Source: Acidobacteriota bacterium (lineage in GTDB: Bacteria; Acidobacteriota; UBA890; WLXD01). From it: a stretch of DNA of 64,000 bases. Location: the NCBI GenBank assembly GCA_965205505.1, contig CBDBHB010000009.1, forward strand, positions 3,040,001 to 3,104,000. Reading direction: 5' to 3'. The notes beneath the pieces are model-generated. The model was not told the DNA's origin, did no database searches, and saw only the letters and a program-made list of their open reading frames with translations. The position numbers were made by a program, and so were the translations under genes. Below, piece by piece: positions 8,825 through 18,624 of this stretch. The first letter of the stretch is position 1, and every line of letters starts with the position of its first letter.

Positions 8825-11314
8825 GTGAGAGCCGGTGCGGAGCGTGTCCGCGCGATGTCGCGGCTGGCAACAGCTACGCTGGCCGCCGGCTTTCTCGCAA
8901 CGAGCCTGAGCGCCAACAGCCTGGCGCAGAGCAACTCGAGACGGGTCGATCTGCCACCGGCGGCCAACGAGATCGCCGAGAGCGCCGCAGCCTACCAGTC
9001 GCAGAATCGTGTCATCGGCCAGTATTGCGTGCGCTGCCACAACGACGCGAACCGTACGGCCGACCTGTCGCTGGAGTCGTTCGACGTGGCTCGGGCCCAC
9101 GAGAGCGCGGAAATCGTCGAAAAGATGATTCGCAAGCTGCAAGCCGGCATGATGCCGCCACCGCCGCTGCGTCGGCCCGACCGGGCGACCGTCAACGCGC
9201 TGGTGACGTCGTTGGCAGGGCGCATCGATGAAGCCGCGGCGGCCGGATCCTACGGTGGGGGCCGCACGTTCCAACGGCTCAATCGCGCCGAGTACGAGCG
9301 TTCTGTGCGCCAGTTGTTGGATCTCGAGATCGATGCTGCCGCTTATCTGCCGCCCGACACGATCAGCGAAGGATTCGACAACGTGGCCGACGTACAGGGG
9401 TTGTCGGTGACGGTGATGCAGGGGTTCTTGGCGGCGGCCGGCGAAGTGAGCCGCATGGCGCTCGGTAACGTAAGGGCCACGCCTAGCGCGACGACCTACT
9501 CGGTGCCGCGATTCGCTTCACAGCGGCAGCAAGTGGAGGGCGCTCCCTACGGTACGCGCGGCGGACTCTCTGTGATCCACCATTTCCCGGCCGATGCCGA
9601 GTACACGTTCACGATGGATTTCTACGACTCGCCGATCGCCGAGCTGTTCGGCAAGCGCACCCTGCACGATGAGCAGATCGAGATCTCCATCAACGGCGAG
9701 CGGGCGGCGCTGGTAGACATCGATCGGTGGATGAATGCCGACAACGGTCTCCTCGAGGCCGATGCTCCGATTTTTGTCAGGGCGGGACCACAGCGCGTAT
9801 CGGCCGCGTTTCTGCAGCGCTTCGAGGGGCCTGTCGAAGACACGCTCTCACCGCACGAGTGGAGCCTGGCCGACAAGAAGATCGGCAGCTCGTACGGGGT
9901 GACTTCGTTACCGCATTTGCAGGACCTGATCATCGGTGGGCCCTACAACCCGCGGGGCGTATCGGCAACGCCGAGCCGCGACCATATCTTTGGCTGCCGG
10001 CCTACGGCTCCAAACGAGGAGCTGCCGTGCGCTCGCCAGATCGTCTCGCGTCTGGCAACCGAGGCATACCGACGGCCGCTGACAAGCGCCGACGTCGATG
10101 CGCTGATCAGCTTCTACGAGAACGGTGCTGGCGCGGGCGGATTCGAGATCGGCATCCGAGATGCCCTACAGGCAATCTTGGCGAGCCCTCACTTCATCTT
10201 CCGTTTCGAGGAGGCAGCTGCATCCGATCTGCCAGCCGCAGGGCATCGGATCAGCGATTTGAACCTTGCCTCGCGACTGTCGTTCTTCCTCTGGGCCGCC
10301 GCCCCCGACGACCAGCTGGTTGACCTGGCGCAGCGCGGTCAGCTGTCGGACCCACGGGTTCTCGAGGCCCAAGTAGCCCGGATGCTGGCCGACCCGCGCG
10401 CGGCGTCGCTAGGCACACGCTTCGCAGCCCAGTGGCTTCGCCTCCAGGATCTGTACCTGGTGCAGCCGGATGCGGTGATGTACCCCGATTTTCCACGACA
10501 GCTCGCCGATGCCATGCGCCAGGAGACCGAGCTGCTCTTCAACCATCTCGTGCAGGAAGATCGTGGCGTTCTCGAGTTGCTGACCGCCGACTACACGTTC
10601 GTCAACGAGCGCTTGGCCAGGCACTACGGCATCCCGAACGTCGCCGGCACGCATTTCCGCAAGGTGCCCCAGAGCGACCGCAATCGACGAGGTATTCTGG
10701 GGCACGGTAGCTTTCTCACGCTCACCTCGCACTCCACCCGAACCTCTCCGGTTCTGCGCGGCAAGTGGCTGATGGAGGTCTTGCTGGGCACTCCGCCTCC
10801 GCCTCCGCCAGCGGACGTGCCGGATCTAGAAGACAGCGATTTCGTCGGCGATACCAAGCTCACCACGGTGCGCGAGCGACTCGAGCAACATCGTGCCGAT
10901 CCGACCTGCATGTCGTGCCATCGGGTTATTGATCCGCTCGGCCTGGCGCTCGAGAACTTCGACGTCATGGGGACCTGGCGCATCAACGACAACGGCCTAC
11001 CGATCCAGGTTGCGGGCGAGCTGTACGACGGTACGCAGTTGGAGGGCCCCCTCGACTTGCAACGGGCGCTGCTCAACTACTCCGACGCCATCATCACGAA
11101 CTTTGCCAAGAACCTCATGGCCTATGGACTTGGCCGGCGGATCGAGTACACTGACATGCCTTTCATTCGGGCCATCGTTGCCGACGCGCGGCGGAATGAC
11201 GATAGGATGTCGTCGTTCATCCTCGGCATCGTTCGCAGTCCCTTATTCCAGACCAACGACCGCGCACTGCGGATACAGGTAGCCGACGGCGACGACGTCG
11301 AACACCGACCTTGA
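8825..11314 (+). CDS. Exported c-type cytochrome with DUF1587/DUF1595/DUF1592/DUF1588/DUF1585 domains
   Basis: Signal peptide, CVRCH near the N-terminus, MMPP, RLNRAEY, GFDN, LASRLSFFLW, RTSPVLRGKW, CMSCH and DPLGLALENFD. Start could be 8855. Confidence 0.85.
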   Translation: MRAGAERVRAMSRLATATLAAGFLATSLSANSLAQSNSRRVDLPPAANEIAESAAAYQSQNRVIGQYCVRCHNDANRTADLSLESFDVARAHESAEIVEKMIRKLQAGMMPPPPLRRPDRATVNALVTSLAGRIDEAAAAGSYGGGRTFQRLNRAEYERSVRQLLDLEIDAAAYLPPDTISEGFDNVADVQGLSVTVMQGFLAAAGEVSRMALGNVRATPSATTYSVPRFASQRQQVEGAPYGTRGGLSVIHHFPADAEYTFTMDFYDSPIAELFGKRTLHDEQIEISINGERAALVDIDRWMNADNGLLEADAPIFVRAGPQRVSAAFLQRFEGPVEDTLSPHEWSLADKKIGSSYGVTSLPHLQDLIIGGPYNPRGVSATPSRDHIFGCRPTAPNEELPCARQIVSRLATEAYRRPLTSADVDALISFYENGAGAGGFEIGIRDALQAILASPHFIFRFEEAAASDLPAAGHRISDLNLASRLSFFLWAAAPDDQLVDLAQRGQLSDPRVLEAQVARMLADPRAASLGTRFAAQWLRLQDLYLVQPDAVMYPDFPRQLADAMRQETELLFNHLVQEDRGVLELLTADYTFVNERLARHYGIPNVAGTHFRKVPQSDRNRRGILGHGSFLTLTSHSTRTSPVLRGKWLMEVLLGTPPPPPPADVPDLEDSDFVGDTKLTTVRERLEQHRADPTCMSCHRVIDPLGLALENFDVMGTWRINDNGLPIQVAGELYDGTQLEGPLDLQRALLNYSDAIITNFAKNLMAYGLGRRIEYTDMPFIRAIVADARRNDDRMSSFILGIVRSPLFQTNDRALRIQVADGDDVEHRP

Positions 11315-11398
11315 TTGGAAGCTCGCCGGAACAATTGGAGCTCGACTGACCCGCGGAAACGGGGGGACGGCGGTGTACAGCCGAGCCTTGGAGGAACG

Positions 11399-12790
11399 AT
11401 GGTCATCTTGAATAAGCCGCTTCCGCGCCGCACGGTTCTGCGCGGTGTGGGCGCGACCGTTGCATTGCCCTTGCTCGACGCGATGGTGCCAGCAGCCAGT
11501 TGGGCACGGACCGGCGCCGACTCCTCTGATCCCACTCGGCTGGTCTGTATCGAAATGGTGCACGGCGCCGCCGGTTGCAACGATTACGGTGCTTCGAAGA
11601 ACTACTGGTCGCCGGCGGAGACGGGCCGCCAATTCGATCTCAGCCCGAGCTCGCTTCGCGCCCTCGAGCCGTTTCGCGAACAGCTGACCATCGTCAGCAA
11701 CACCGACTGCCAGGGCGCCGAGGCGGTTATCCCGAAGGAGATCGGCGGCGATCACTTCCGCTCGAGCGCCGTCTTCCTGACCCAGGCGCACCCGCTGCAA
11801 ACTCAGGGTTCGGACGTGCGCGTCGGCACGTCCATGGATCAGCTGCACGCGCATCGTTTCGGTCAGAACACGCCGATTCCGTCAATGCAACTCTGCATCG
11901 AGAACGTCGATGCAGCAGGCGGATGCGCGTATGGATACGCCTGCGTGTACACCGACACGATCAGCTGGGCTGCCCCGAATCGCCCGCTGCCGATGATCCG
12001 AGACCCCCGCGTGGTCTTCGATCAGCTATTCGGCGTCGGTGGTACCCAAGAGGAGCGCGCCGAGCGCCGGCGAGCAGATCGCAGCATTCTCGACTGGATA
12101 ACCGGCGAGATCTCGCGCCTGAAGGCCGGCTTCGGCCCCGAAGATCGGCGGCGCATAGATCGGTATCTCGAGAACGTTCGTGAGATCGAGCGCCGAATAC
12201 TACGAATCGAGGAGCGCAACGCGAGCGGTGAGGTACGCGAGCTGCCCGAGGCCCCGGCGGGCGTGCCGGACTCCTTCGAGGAACACGTCAAGCTCATGTT
12301 CGACCTCCAGGTCCTGGGCTTCGCTGCTGATGTGACCCGCGTGTTCTCGTTCAAGATGGGTCGCGATGCCTCGTCGCGCGTCTATCCACAGAGCGGCACC
12401 AACAAGGGCTTCCATCCCGCCTCACACCATGGAGGCAAGGAAGAGAACATCGACGAGTTCGCCCTCATCAACGACTACCACGTCAGCTTGATGCCGTACT
12501 TCCTGGAGCAGCTGCGGAACACGATGGAGGGTGACAGTAGTCTGCTCGACAAGAGCATGGTGATCTACGGGTCGCCGATGGGCGATCCCAACCTCCACAA
12601 CCACAAGAGGTGCCCGCTATTCCTTGTCGGCGGCGCCAACGGCCAGCTCGATGGGAACCTCCACCTGAGGGCCGACGATGCCACCCCGATGGCCAACGTC
12701 ATGTTGAGCCTGATGCATAGGCTCGGCCACAACGACATGACGAGCTTCGGTGATAGCACCGGCGAGTTCGCGCTATCGGCGCCAGCGTGA
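11399..12790 (+). CDS. DUF1552 family protein with twin-arginine-like leader
   Basis: GGAGG RBS before ATG 11399. LPRRTVLRGVGATVALPLLDAM, SMDQ, GGCAYGYACVY, FHPASHH and NLHNH. Usual partner of DUF1592 proteins. Confidence 0.85.
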   Translation: MVILNKPLPRRTVLRGVGATVALPLLDAMVPAASWARTGADSSDPTRLVCIEMVHGAAGCNDYGASKNYWSPAETGRQFDLSPSSLRALEPFREQLTIVSNTDCQGAEAVIPKEIGGDHFRSSAVFLTQAHPLQTQGSDVRVGTSMDQLHAHRFGQNTPIPSMQLCIENVDAAGGCAYGYACVYTDTISWAAPNRPLPMIRDPRVVFDQLFGVGGTQEERAERRRADRSILDWITGEISRLKAGFGPEDRRRIDRYLENVREIERRILRIEERNASGEVRELPEAPAGVPDSFEEHVKLMFDLQVLGFAADVTRVFSFKMGRDASSRVYPQSGTNKGFHPASHHGGKEENIDEFALINDYHVSLMPYFLEQLRNTMEGDSSLLDKSMVIYGSPMGDPNLHNHKRCPLFLVGGANGQLDGNLHLRADDATPMANVMLSLMHRLGHNDMTSFGDSTGEFALSAPA

Positions 12791-12822
12791 TTCGGACAGC
12801 GATGCACTCTCGGAGGACCAGC

Positions 12823-14679
12823 ATGCTCCGACGATACGCGGGCCGGCCGACCGCCGCTTTGATCTTCGCCGTTTGTCTGCCCGCGCTGGTAGCGGCGGCA
12901 CCGAGCGCCTCGCCGGTAGCCGACGCGGCGATGCGCGGCGATGTCGACGCGGTGCACTCGTTACTCCGGCAAGGCGCCGATGTAAACGCGGCCCAGGGTG
13001 ACGGCATGACCGCCCTGCACTGGGCGGCGCGAAACGACGACAGCGCCCTGCTCGAGATGCTCATCTACGCGGGTGCCAGCCCCACCGCGGTAACGCGAAT
13101 CGGCGACTACACTGCGCTTCACCTGGCCGCCAAATCCGGGCACGCGCAAGCGGTCGAGGTACTGTTGCGGGCCGGTAGCAGTGTGGACGCCACGACAACG
13201 GCGGGAGGCGCGAGCGCCCTGCATTTCGCCTCGGCAGCGGGCAACTTGAACGCCATCACCGCGCTCCTGGACCATGGCGCAGACGTCAACGCGCGGGAGT
13301 CGACCTGGGGGCAGACGTCGCTGATGTTTGCTGCCGCGGCGAACCGCGTCGAGGCGGTGGACCTGCTGGTTCAACGAGGCGCCGACTCGTCTATCACCGC
13401 CAGGGTCGTCGACCTGCCCGCCTTCGAAGAGCGCCTGAACGCTCAAAAGGAGCAGCGCGACCGACGCATCGCGGCGCTTCAGGCAATCGATCCCGAAGAT
13501 TCCGTCGAGCCTGTGAGGCCCACTCCCTCGAGGGAGCCTCTCGACGCAACGCCGGCCGAGCCGACAGCGAAGCCGGCACCGGCTGCCGAGGCAAAGCCCG
13601 AGCCCGAGTCAGAGGAGGCGCCATCTCCACCGGTCGCCGAGTCGGCCGCACTCGAAGAGGAAGAGGCGGAAGGAGAGCCGCCGGACTACCACGACCTCGT
13701 GGGTACGCACGGCGGCATGACCGCGCTGCTGCACGCGGCTCGCGAAGGTCATGGCGCCACCGTACAGGCCTTGCTGGAGTCCGAAGCCGACGTCAATCTG
13801 GTCAACGCCGGCGATCGCACCAGCCCGCTACTGATCGCCGTGGTGAACGGCCACTTCGACCTGGCGATGTACCTTCTCGACCAAGGTGCCGACCCGACCC
13901 TGGCAAGCACCGGCGGCCTGACACCGCTCTACGCCACCATAAAGGTGCAGTGGGCGCCTAAGTCGCGGTACCCACAGCAGTACGCCTACACGCAGCAGCG
14001 CACTGGCTATATGGAGTTGCTACAGGCGCTGTTGGATGCCGGGGCCGATCCGAACGTTCGGCTCAACAAGCATCTGTGGCATATGTCGTACAACTTCCAC
14101 TTGCTCGGCGTGGACTCCAAAGGGGCGACGCCGCTCTGGAGGGCCGCCTACGCTACCGATGTTGCGGCGATGCGGCTACTGGTCGCCCACGGCGCCGATC
14201 CGAACGTCCCCACGCAGGTAGTGCCCAAGCGCCGGCGCTACGCGGACAGCGGCGGCGAGGATGGCAAGATGGACCCCTCGGGTCTGCCCCCGGTACCGAT
14301 CAACGGGCCCGCCGTGTATCCCATCCACGCGGCCTCGGGCGTGGGATACGGCCAGGGCTATGCAGGGAACTCGCACCGGCATGTGCCGGACGCGTGGTTG
14401 GCGACCGTTACGTATCTGATGGAAGAGCTCGGTGCGGACGTCAACGCCCGCGACCATGACGGGTACGCGCCGCTGCACCATGCCGCCGCACGAGGAGACA
14501 ATGAGCTCATTCGGTACCTCGTGGAGCACGGCGCCGATCCCACCGTGATTAGCCGCCGCGGTCAGACGACAGTCGATATGGCGAACGGGCCCGTACAGCG
14601 CATCCAGCCGTTCCCCGAGACCATCGCGCTGCTCGAGAGCTTGGGCGCGGAGAACAGCCATAACTGCGTCTCCTGCTGA
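12823..14679 (+). CDS. Secreted ankyrin repeat protein
   Basis: GGAGG RBS before ATG 12823, signal peptide, many G.TALH.AA / GADVN repeats, a Pro/Ala/Glu-rich linker and C-terminal CVSC. Confidence 0.9.
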   Translation: MLRRYAGRPTAALIFAVCLPALVAAAPSASPVADAAMRGDVDAVHSLLRQGADVNAAQGDGMTALHWAARNDDSALLEMLIYAGASPTAVTRIGDYTALHLAAKSGHAQAVEVLLRAGSSVDATTTAGGASALHFASAAGNLNAITALLDHGADVNARESTWGQTSLMFAAAANRVEAVDLLVQRGADSSITARVVDLPAFEERLNAQKEQRDRRIAALQAIDPEDSVEPVRPTPSREPLDATPAEPTAKPAPAAEAKPEPESEEAPSPPVAESAALEEEEAEGEPPDYHDLVGTHGGMTALLHAAREGHGATVQALLESEADVNLVNAGDRTSPLLIAVVNGHFDLAMYLLDQGADPTLASTGGLTPLYATIKVQWAPKSRYPQQYAYTQQRTGYMELLQALLDAGADPNVRLNKHLWHMSYNFHLLGVDSKGATPLWRAAYATDVAAMRLLVAHGADPNVPTQVVPKRRRYADSGGEDGKMDPSGLPPVPINGPAVYPIHAASGVGYGQGYAGNSHRHVPDAWLATVTYLMEELGADVNARDHDGYAPLHHAAARGDNELIRYLVEHGADPTVISRRGQTTVDMANGPVQRIQPFPETIALLESLGAENSHNCVSC

Positions 14680-14717
14680 CGGCGGTCGACGCTGGCTCTC
14701 TCCGCCTGATCGTGCGC

Positions 14718-15506
14718 CTACTTGAGCGTCACCCAGATCAAATCGATCGTGGTGTCGCCGGTGTTGCCGGATTCGTGCCCCTCGCTGAGCGGAACAGCCT
14801 CCATCCAGCCCACGGAGCCGGTCTCGGAAAACGGTGACGGATCGCGCTGTACGCCGCCGCGGCGTCCCGACCAGATGCCTCCCTTGATGTGGATGTAGAC
14901 CTGTTTGCCGGGATGCGAGTGGATGCCCTCCCACTCACCGGGGCGGACGATAAACCGCTGTACGACGACGCGCTCGTTCTCCAACAGCACGTCACCGTCA
15001 GGATCCGCCAGGTTCGGATAAGTCAATAAGAACTGCTTGTCGGCGTCGGGGGCGGCCGGCGCATCTTTCTTCAGAGTCACCCAGATCAGGTCGATCGGGG
15101 CGTCGCCGGTGTTGCCGGATTCGTGCCCCTCGCTGAGCGGAATCGGCTCCATCCAGCCTACCGAACCGTCCGCGGACGGGGAACCGGAAGAGGTAGGCTC
15201 GCCGCCTCCGGTAATGCCGGACCATTGGCCGCCCTTGACATGCACGTAAACCTGGTTGCCGGGATGCGAGTGGATCCCCTCCCACTCGCCCGGGCCCACG
15301 ACGAACCGTTGCACCACGACAAGCTCGTTCTCGAGCAGCACCTCGCCGTCAGGATTCGCCAGGTTCGGATAGGTCAATAGAAACTGCTTGTCGCTGGCGG
15401 CAGCCGGCGCGGCGACCTGTTCGGTCGGTGTCGGGGCTTGCTCGCTTCCGGCAGGGGCAGCGGCGAACATGAGCATGACGAGGGTCAAAGTCAATCTGCG
15501 GCGCAT
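14718..15506 (-). CDS. Secreted protein with two tandem near-identical cupin domains
   Basis: AGGAG RBS before ATG 15506, signal peptide, and VLLENE.VVVQRF..PGEWEGIHSHPG..GHESGNTGD..IDLIWVTLK present twice. Confidence 0.8.
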   Translation of the reverse strand: MRRRLTLTLVMLMFAAAPAGSEQAPTPTEQVAAPAAASDKQFLLTYPNLANPDGEVLLENELVVVQRFVVGPGEWEGIHSHPGNQVYVHVKGGQWSGITGGGEPTSSGSPSADGSVGWMEPIPLSEGHESGNTGDAPIDLIWVTLKKDAPAAPDADKQFLLTYPNLADPDGDVLLENERVVVQRFIVRPGEWEGIHSHPGKQVYIHIKGGIWSGRRGGVQRDPSPFSETGSVGWMEAVPLSEGHESGNTGDTTIDLIWVTLK

Positions 15507-15685
15507 GGTTTCTCTCCTGCGCACACGAAGGCGCGCGGCCAGTTGGCTCGGAACTCGGCGGCAAACATTCACCATGCGGGCAACTCGTTCAAGCGTCGAT
15601 GGGTCGGTTGCGATTGCTCCATACCGAGGGTGGCCGTTACGATCCCCACGCAGGAGCATTCCGGATCTCCAAACACGGCGCCGAC

Positions 15686-16138
15686 ATGAAGCTTCGATCT
15701 ACGACAATAGCCACGGCCACCTGCTTGGCTCTGGGCGGTCTTCTCACCGCGCTCGGTTCGCCCGCCACGGTTGGGGCAAGACAGACTCAATCGGTGTGGA
15801 ACGGGATCTATACCGTGGACCAAGCTGAACGTGGCCGGCCGCTCTACGAAACCGCCTGCGCCGGGTGTCACGGTGCCGACCTCACGGGTGGAGACGAAGC
15901 GCCGCTGCTTGCAGGCGGCGAGTTCGTCTGGACCTGGAACGGGCTGACGGTCGGAGCGCTATTCGAACGCATCCGTAAGTCGATGCCCGTTGACGATCCC
16001 GGCAGCGTGAGTCGTCAAGAAAAGGCCGACATCCTGGCCTTTGTGTTCTCGGTCAACGAGTTTCCGGCCGGTGAATCGGAGCTAGCTTCGCGCACCTCTA
16101 CGCTTGAACGAATCATGTTCGAGGCCATCCAGCAGTAG
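15686..16138 (+). CDS. Periplasmic monoheme cytochrome c
   Basis: Signal peptide, SVWNGIYT..QAERG..Y, CAGCH and distal MP. Homologous to 35019-35567. Confidence 0.85.
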   Translation: MKLRSTTIATATCLALGGLLTALGSPATVGARQTQSVWNGIYTVDQAERGRPLYETACAGCHGADLTGGDEAPLLAGGEFVWTWNGLTVGALFERIRKSMPVDDPGSVSRQEKADILAFVFSVNEFPAGESELASRTSTLERIMFEAIQQ

Positions 16139-16195
16139 CGACCGAGCGCGCGCCGCCACAGGCGGTGGCGAGCGGCGGTGATCAGGAGCGAGACC

Positions 16196-17203
16196 ATGCG
16201 CCGAACGCAACGAATTCATCCGGCAGCCGGAGCTACCATGCTCGCTCTCCTCCTGCCCTTGGCAGTCTTCGCGCGGACGCAGGACAACCCCTACCGCGTC
16301 GCCGATGCGGCCTGGGGCGAGCTCCCCAACGGCCGTACATACGGGTCCATAAGCGCGGTGCACCCGGCGCCTGACGGCACCCTGTGGGTTGCCGACCGTT
16401 GTGGCCAGAACAGCTGCCTCGGACGAGATGAGGCTCCTATTCTGCACTTCGATGCGTCGGGGAAGCTGCTCAACAGCTTCGGCGCCGGGTTGTTCGTGTG
16501 GCCTCATGGCATCGAGGTCGACGCGGAGGGCAACGTCTGGGTGACCGACGCCCAGGTTCGGAGCGGCCAGGGCAATCAGGTGCTGAAGTTCAGCCCGGAC
16601 GGTGAGCTGTTGCTGACCCTGGGCCTCAAGGGCCGAGTCGACGGTGACCGCCCCGACTTGTTCACCGGACCGACGGACGTCGCCGTCACAGCGGCCGGCG
16701 ACATCTTCGTCCTCGACGGACACGGCCCGCTCGGTAACAACCGTGTGGTGAGGTTCACAGGTGACGGCGAGTTGGTCACCTCTTGGGGTGAGACCGGAAG
16801 CGGGGTGGGCCAGTTTCACGATCCCCACGCTATCGACATCGATTCCCAGGGTCGCATCTTCGTCGGCGACCGCGGCAACAATCGTATTCAGATCTTCGAT
16901 CAGGACGGCAGCCATATCGCTACGTGGACGCAGTTCGGGCGGCCTAGCGGTATCTTCATCGATGCCAACGACGTTCTATATGTGGCCGACTCGGAGTCGC
17001 ACTCGGGCAACCCTGGCTACCGACGTGGTATCCGCATCGGCAGCGCCAGCGACGGCTGGGTCTCCGCCTTCATCCCCGACGCTGAGCCCAACCCAGGGAA
17101 CTACATTACGAGCGGAGCCGAGGGAGTCGCGGCCGACGCCATGGGCAACGTCTTCGGCGCCGAGGTAACGAATCGGACGCTGGTGAAGTACGTCCGGCGG
17201 TAG
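16196..17203 (+). CDS. Secreted NHL-repeat beta-propeller, peptidyl-alpha-hydroxyglycine lyase (PAL)-like
   Basis: AGGAG RBS, signal peptide, FVWPHGI, VWVTD, GPTDVAV, DG.G..NNRVV, FHDPHAI and VGDRGNNRIQIF. Confidence 0.8.
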   Translation: MRRTQRIHPAAGATMLALLLPLAVFARTQDNPYRVADAAWGELPNGRTYGSISAVHPAPDGTLWVADRCGQNSCLGRDEAPILHFDASGKLLNSFGAGLFVWPHGIEVDAEGNVWVTDAQVRSGQGNQVLKFSPDGELLLTLGLKGRVDGDRPDLFTGPTDVAVTAAGDIFVLDGHGPLGNNRVVRFTGDGELVTSWGETGSGVGQFHDPHAIDIDSQGRIFVGDRGNNRIQIFDQDGSHIATWTQFGRPSGIFIDANDVLYVADSESHSGNPGYRRGIRIGSASDGWVSAFIPDAEPNPGNYITSGAEGVAADAMGNVFGAEVTNRTLVKYVRR

Positions 17204-17239
17204 TTGCGCCGCGCCGCGGGCAGAAAACTGCTCCGCCGC

Positions 17240-18613
17240 CTACTCTTCGCTCTCGGCCGCTGCGCGGCGCTTGTCGACCTCGGCGTCGAAGTCCTCCTGC
17301 TCCATGTAGGTGAAATCGATCCAGACGTGCGCCATCTCGTCGACAGTGCGGTCGCCATAACCAACCCACTGATCGGGATCCGGATTGTTCGGATTGTCCT
17401 CGGTATTGTCGTGCCAGGTGGTGACCAGCAGCGTCGTTCCGGCAGGCAGCAACGGCGCCACATCGTCGTCATAGATGTAGTTGATGTGCCAGTTCCACTG
17501 GAAATCGCCGACGTGGCTGAGCACCTCGCGACGACCATCCGGATAAATCGCTTCGAGGGTCTGCGCCTTGCCGCGCATGTGCATGTGCGGCTGGAAGTTC
17601 TCGATGCGCGCCGGAGCGACGAGCACCTGCTGGTGCTGGATCACGCTGACCTGGTGCGGTGGGATATCAAGCCGGGACTCCCGCGTTCCCTCGCCGATCA
17701 TTCCCAGCATCGTACGGTGCTTTGGGACGTAGCCGCGCGGATAGAAGTACACGCCCAGCTCGACGACGTCGTCGGTCACCTGTGCGCCGTACGCGTAGTA
17801 GTGCACCTCCCACTGAATCATCGAGCCGGGCAACATCAGCTTGCCCGCGGTAGGTGGAAACACTTCGCCGACCTTGCCGATCGCCCACTCCATGAAGGTC
17901 CCGGCGCGGCGTGCCTCTGGAGGAACGTTGCTCGCCAGGCCGACAATGTCGTCCTCCTCTTGGAGTAGATAGGTGAGGACGTGATGCACTGCTTTGCGTC
18001 CCCCAGGGTAGGACGGCTTGATCTCGATGGCGCGCACCCAACGTGGCTCGGTCAGGCCGGTCTCGACGATGGGGCGCCACCATTTGTCCTCGCCGAGATC
18101 CTCGACGGTGTATGGCACCGAACGGACGATTAGATCGGGCTCACCGAACTCGTCGGCCAGCCGCCACTCGGCGGGGTCAGGGAAGTCGCGCGGCGGCGGC
18201 ATGTCGGCGGGATCACCCATGGGGGCGCCTTCATCGATCCAACGAACGATGGTGGCCAACTCGTCGTCGGTCAGCGAACGGTCGTTCTTGTAGCGCTGGA
18301 TTCCGACCGTCTTGTCGATGTGCCAGGGTGGCATACGACGCGCCACCAGCGCCTTGCGGATCGGCCTGAGAAAAGCTCGTACGTCCTCATATGTCAGCAA
18401 CGACATCGGAGCGATGGAGTCCGGCTTGTGGCACTCCTGACACTTCACCTGGAGGATCGGCGCTACATCCTTGGTGAATGTGATCGGGTCGTCGTCCGCG
18501 ATCGGTACGCTGCCCGAGAAGGCGCTCCCGCTGAAGGCCAATACCGCGACGAAGGCAACGCTGGCGATAGCGAGGCTCTGTAACACGCGAGGGTAAGACC
18601 GGTTGCCTGTCAT
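17240..18613 (-). CDS. Cytochrome c fused to a type II copper (PHM/DBM-like) monooxygenase
   Basis: AAGGAG RBS before ATG 18613, signal peptide, CQECH and MPPW heme domain, then VHHV, EVHY, PHMHMRG and DEM copper motifs. Confidence 0.8.
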   Translation of the reverse strand: MTGNRSYPRVLQSLAIASVAFVAVLAFSGSAFSGSVPIADDDPITFTKDVAPILQVKCQECHKPDSIAPMSLLTYEDVRAFLRPIRKALVARRMPPWHIDKTVGIQRYKNDRSLTDDELATIVRWIDEGAPMGDPADMPPPRDFPDPAEWRLADEFGEPDLIVRSVPYTVEDLGEDKWWRPIVETGLTEPRWVRAIEIKPSYPGGRKAVHHVLTYLLQEEDDIVGLASNVPPEARRAGTFMEWAIGKVGEVFPPTAGKLMLPGSMIQWEVHYYAYGAQVTDDVVELGVYFYPRGYVPKHRTMLGMIGEGTRESRLDIPPHQVSVIQHQQVLVAPARIENFQPHMHMRGKAQTLEAIYPDGRREVLSHVGDFQWNWHINYIYDDDVAPLLPAGTTLLVTTWHDNTEDNPNNPDPDQWVGYGDRTVDEMAHVWIDFTYMEQEDFDAEVDKRRAAAESEE

Positions 18614-18624
18614 GGTGAGCTCCT

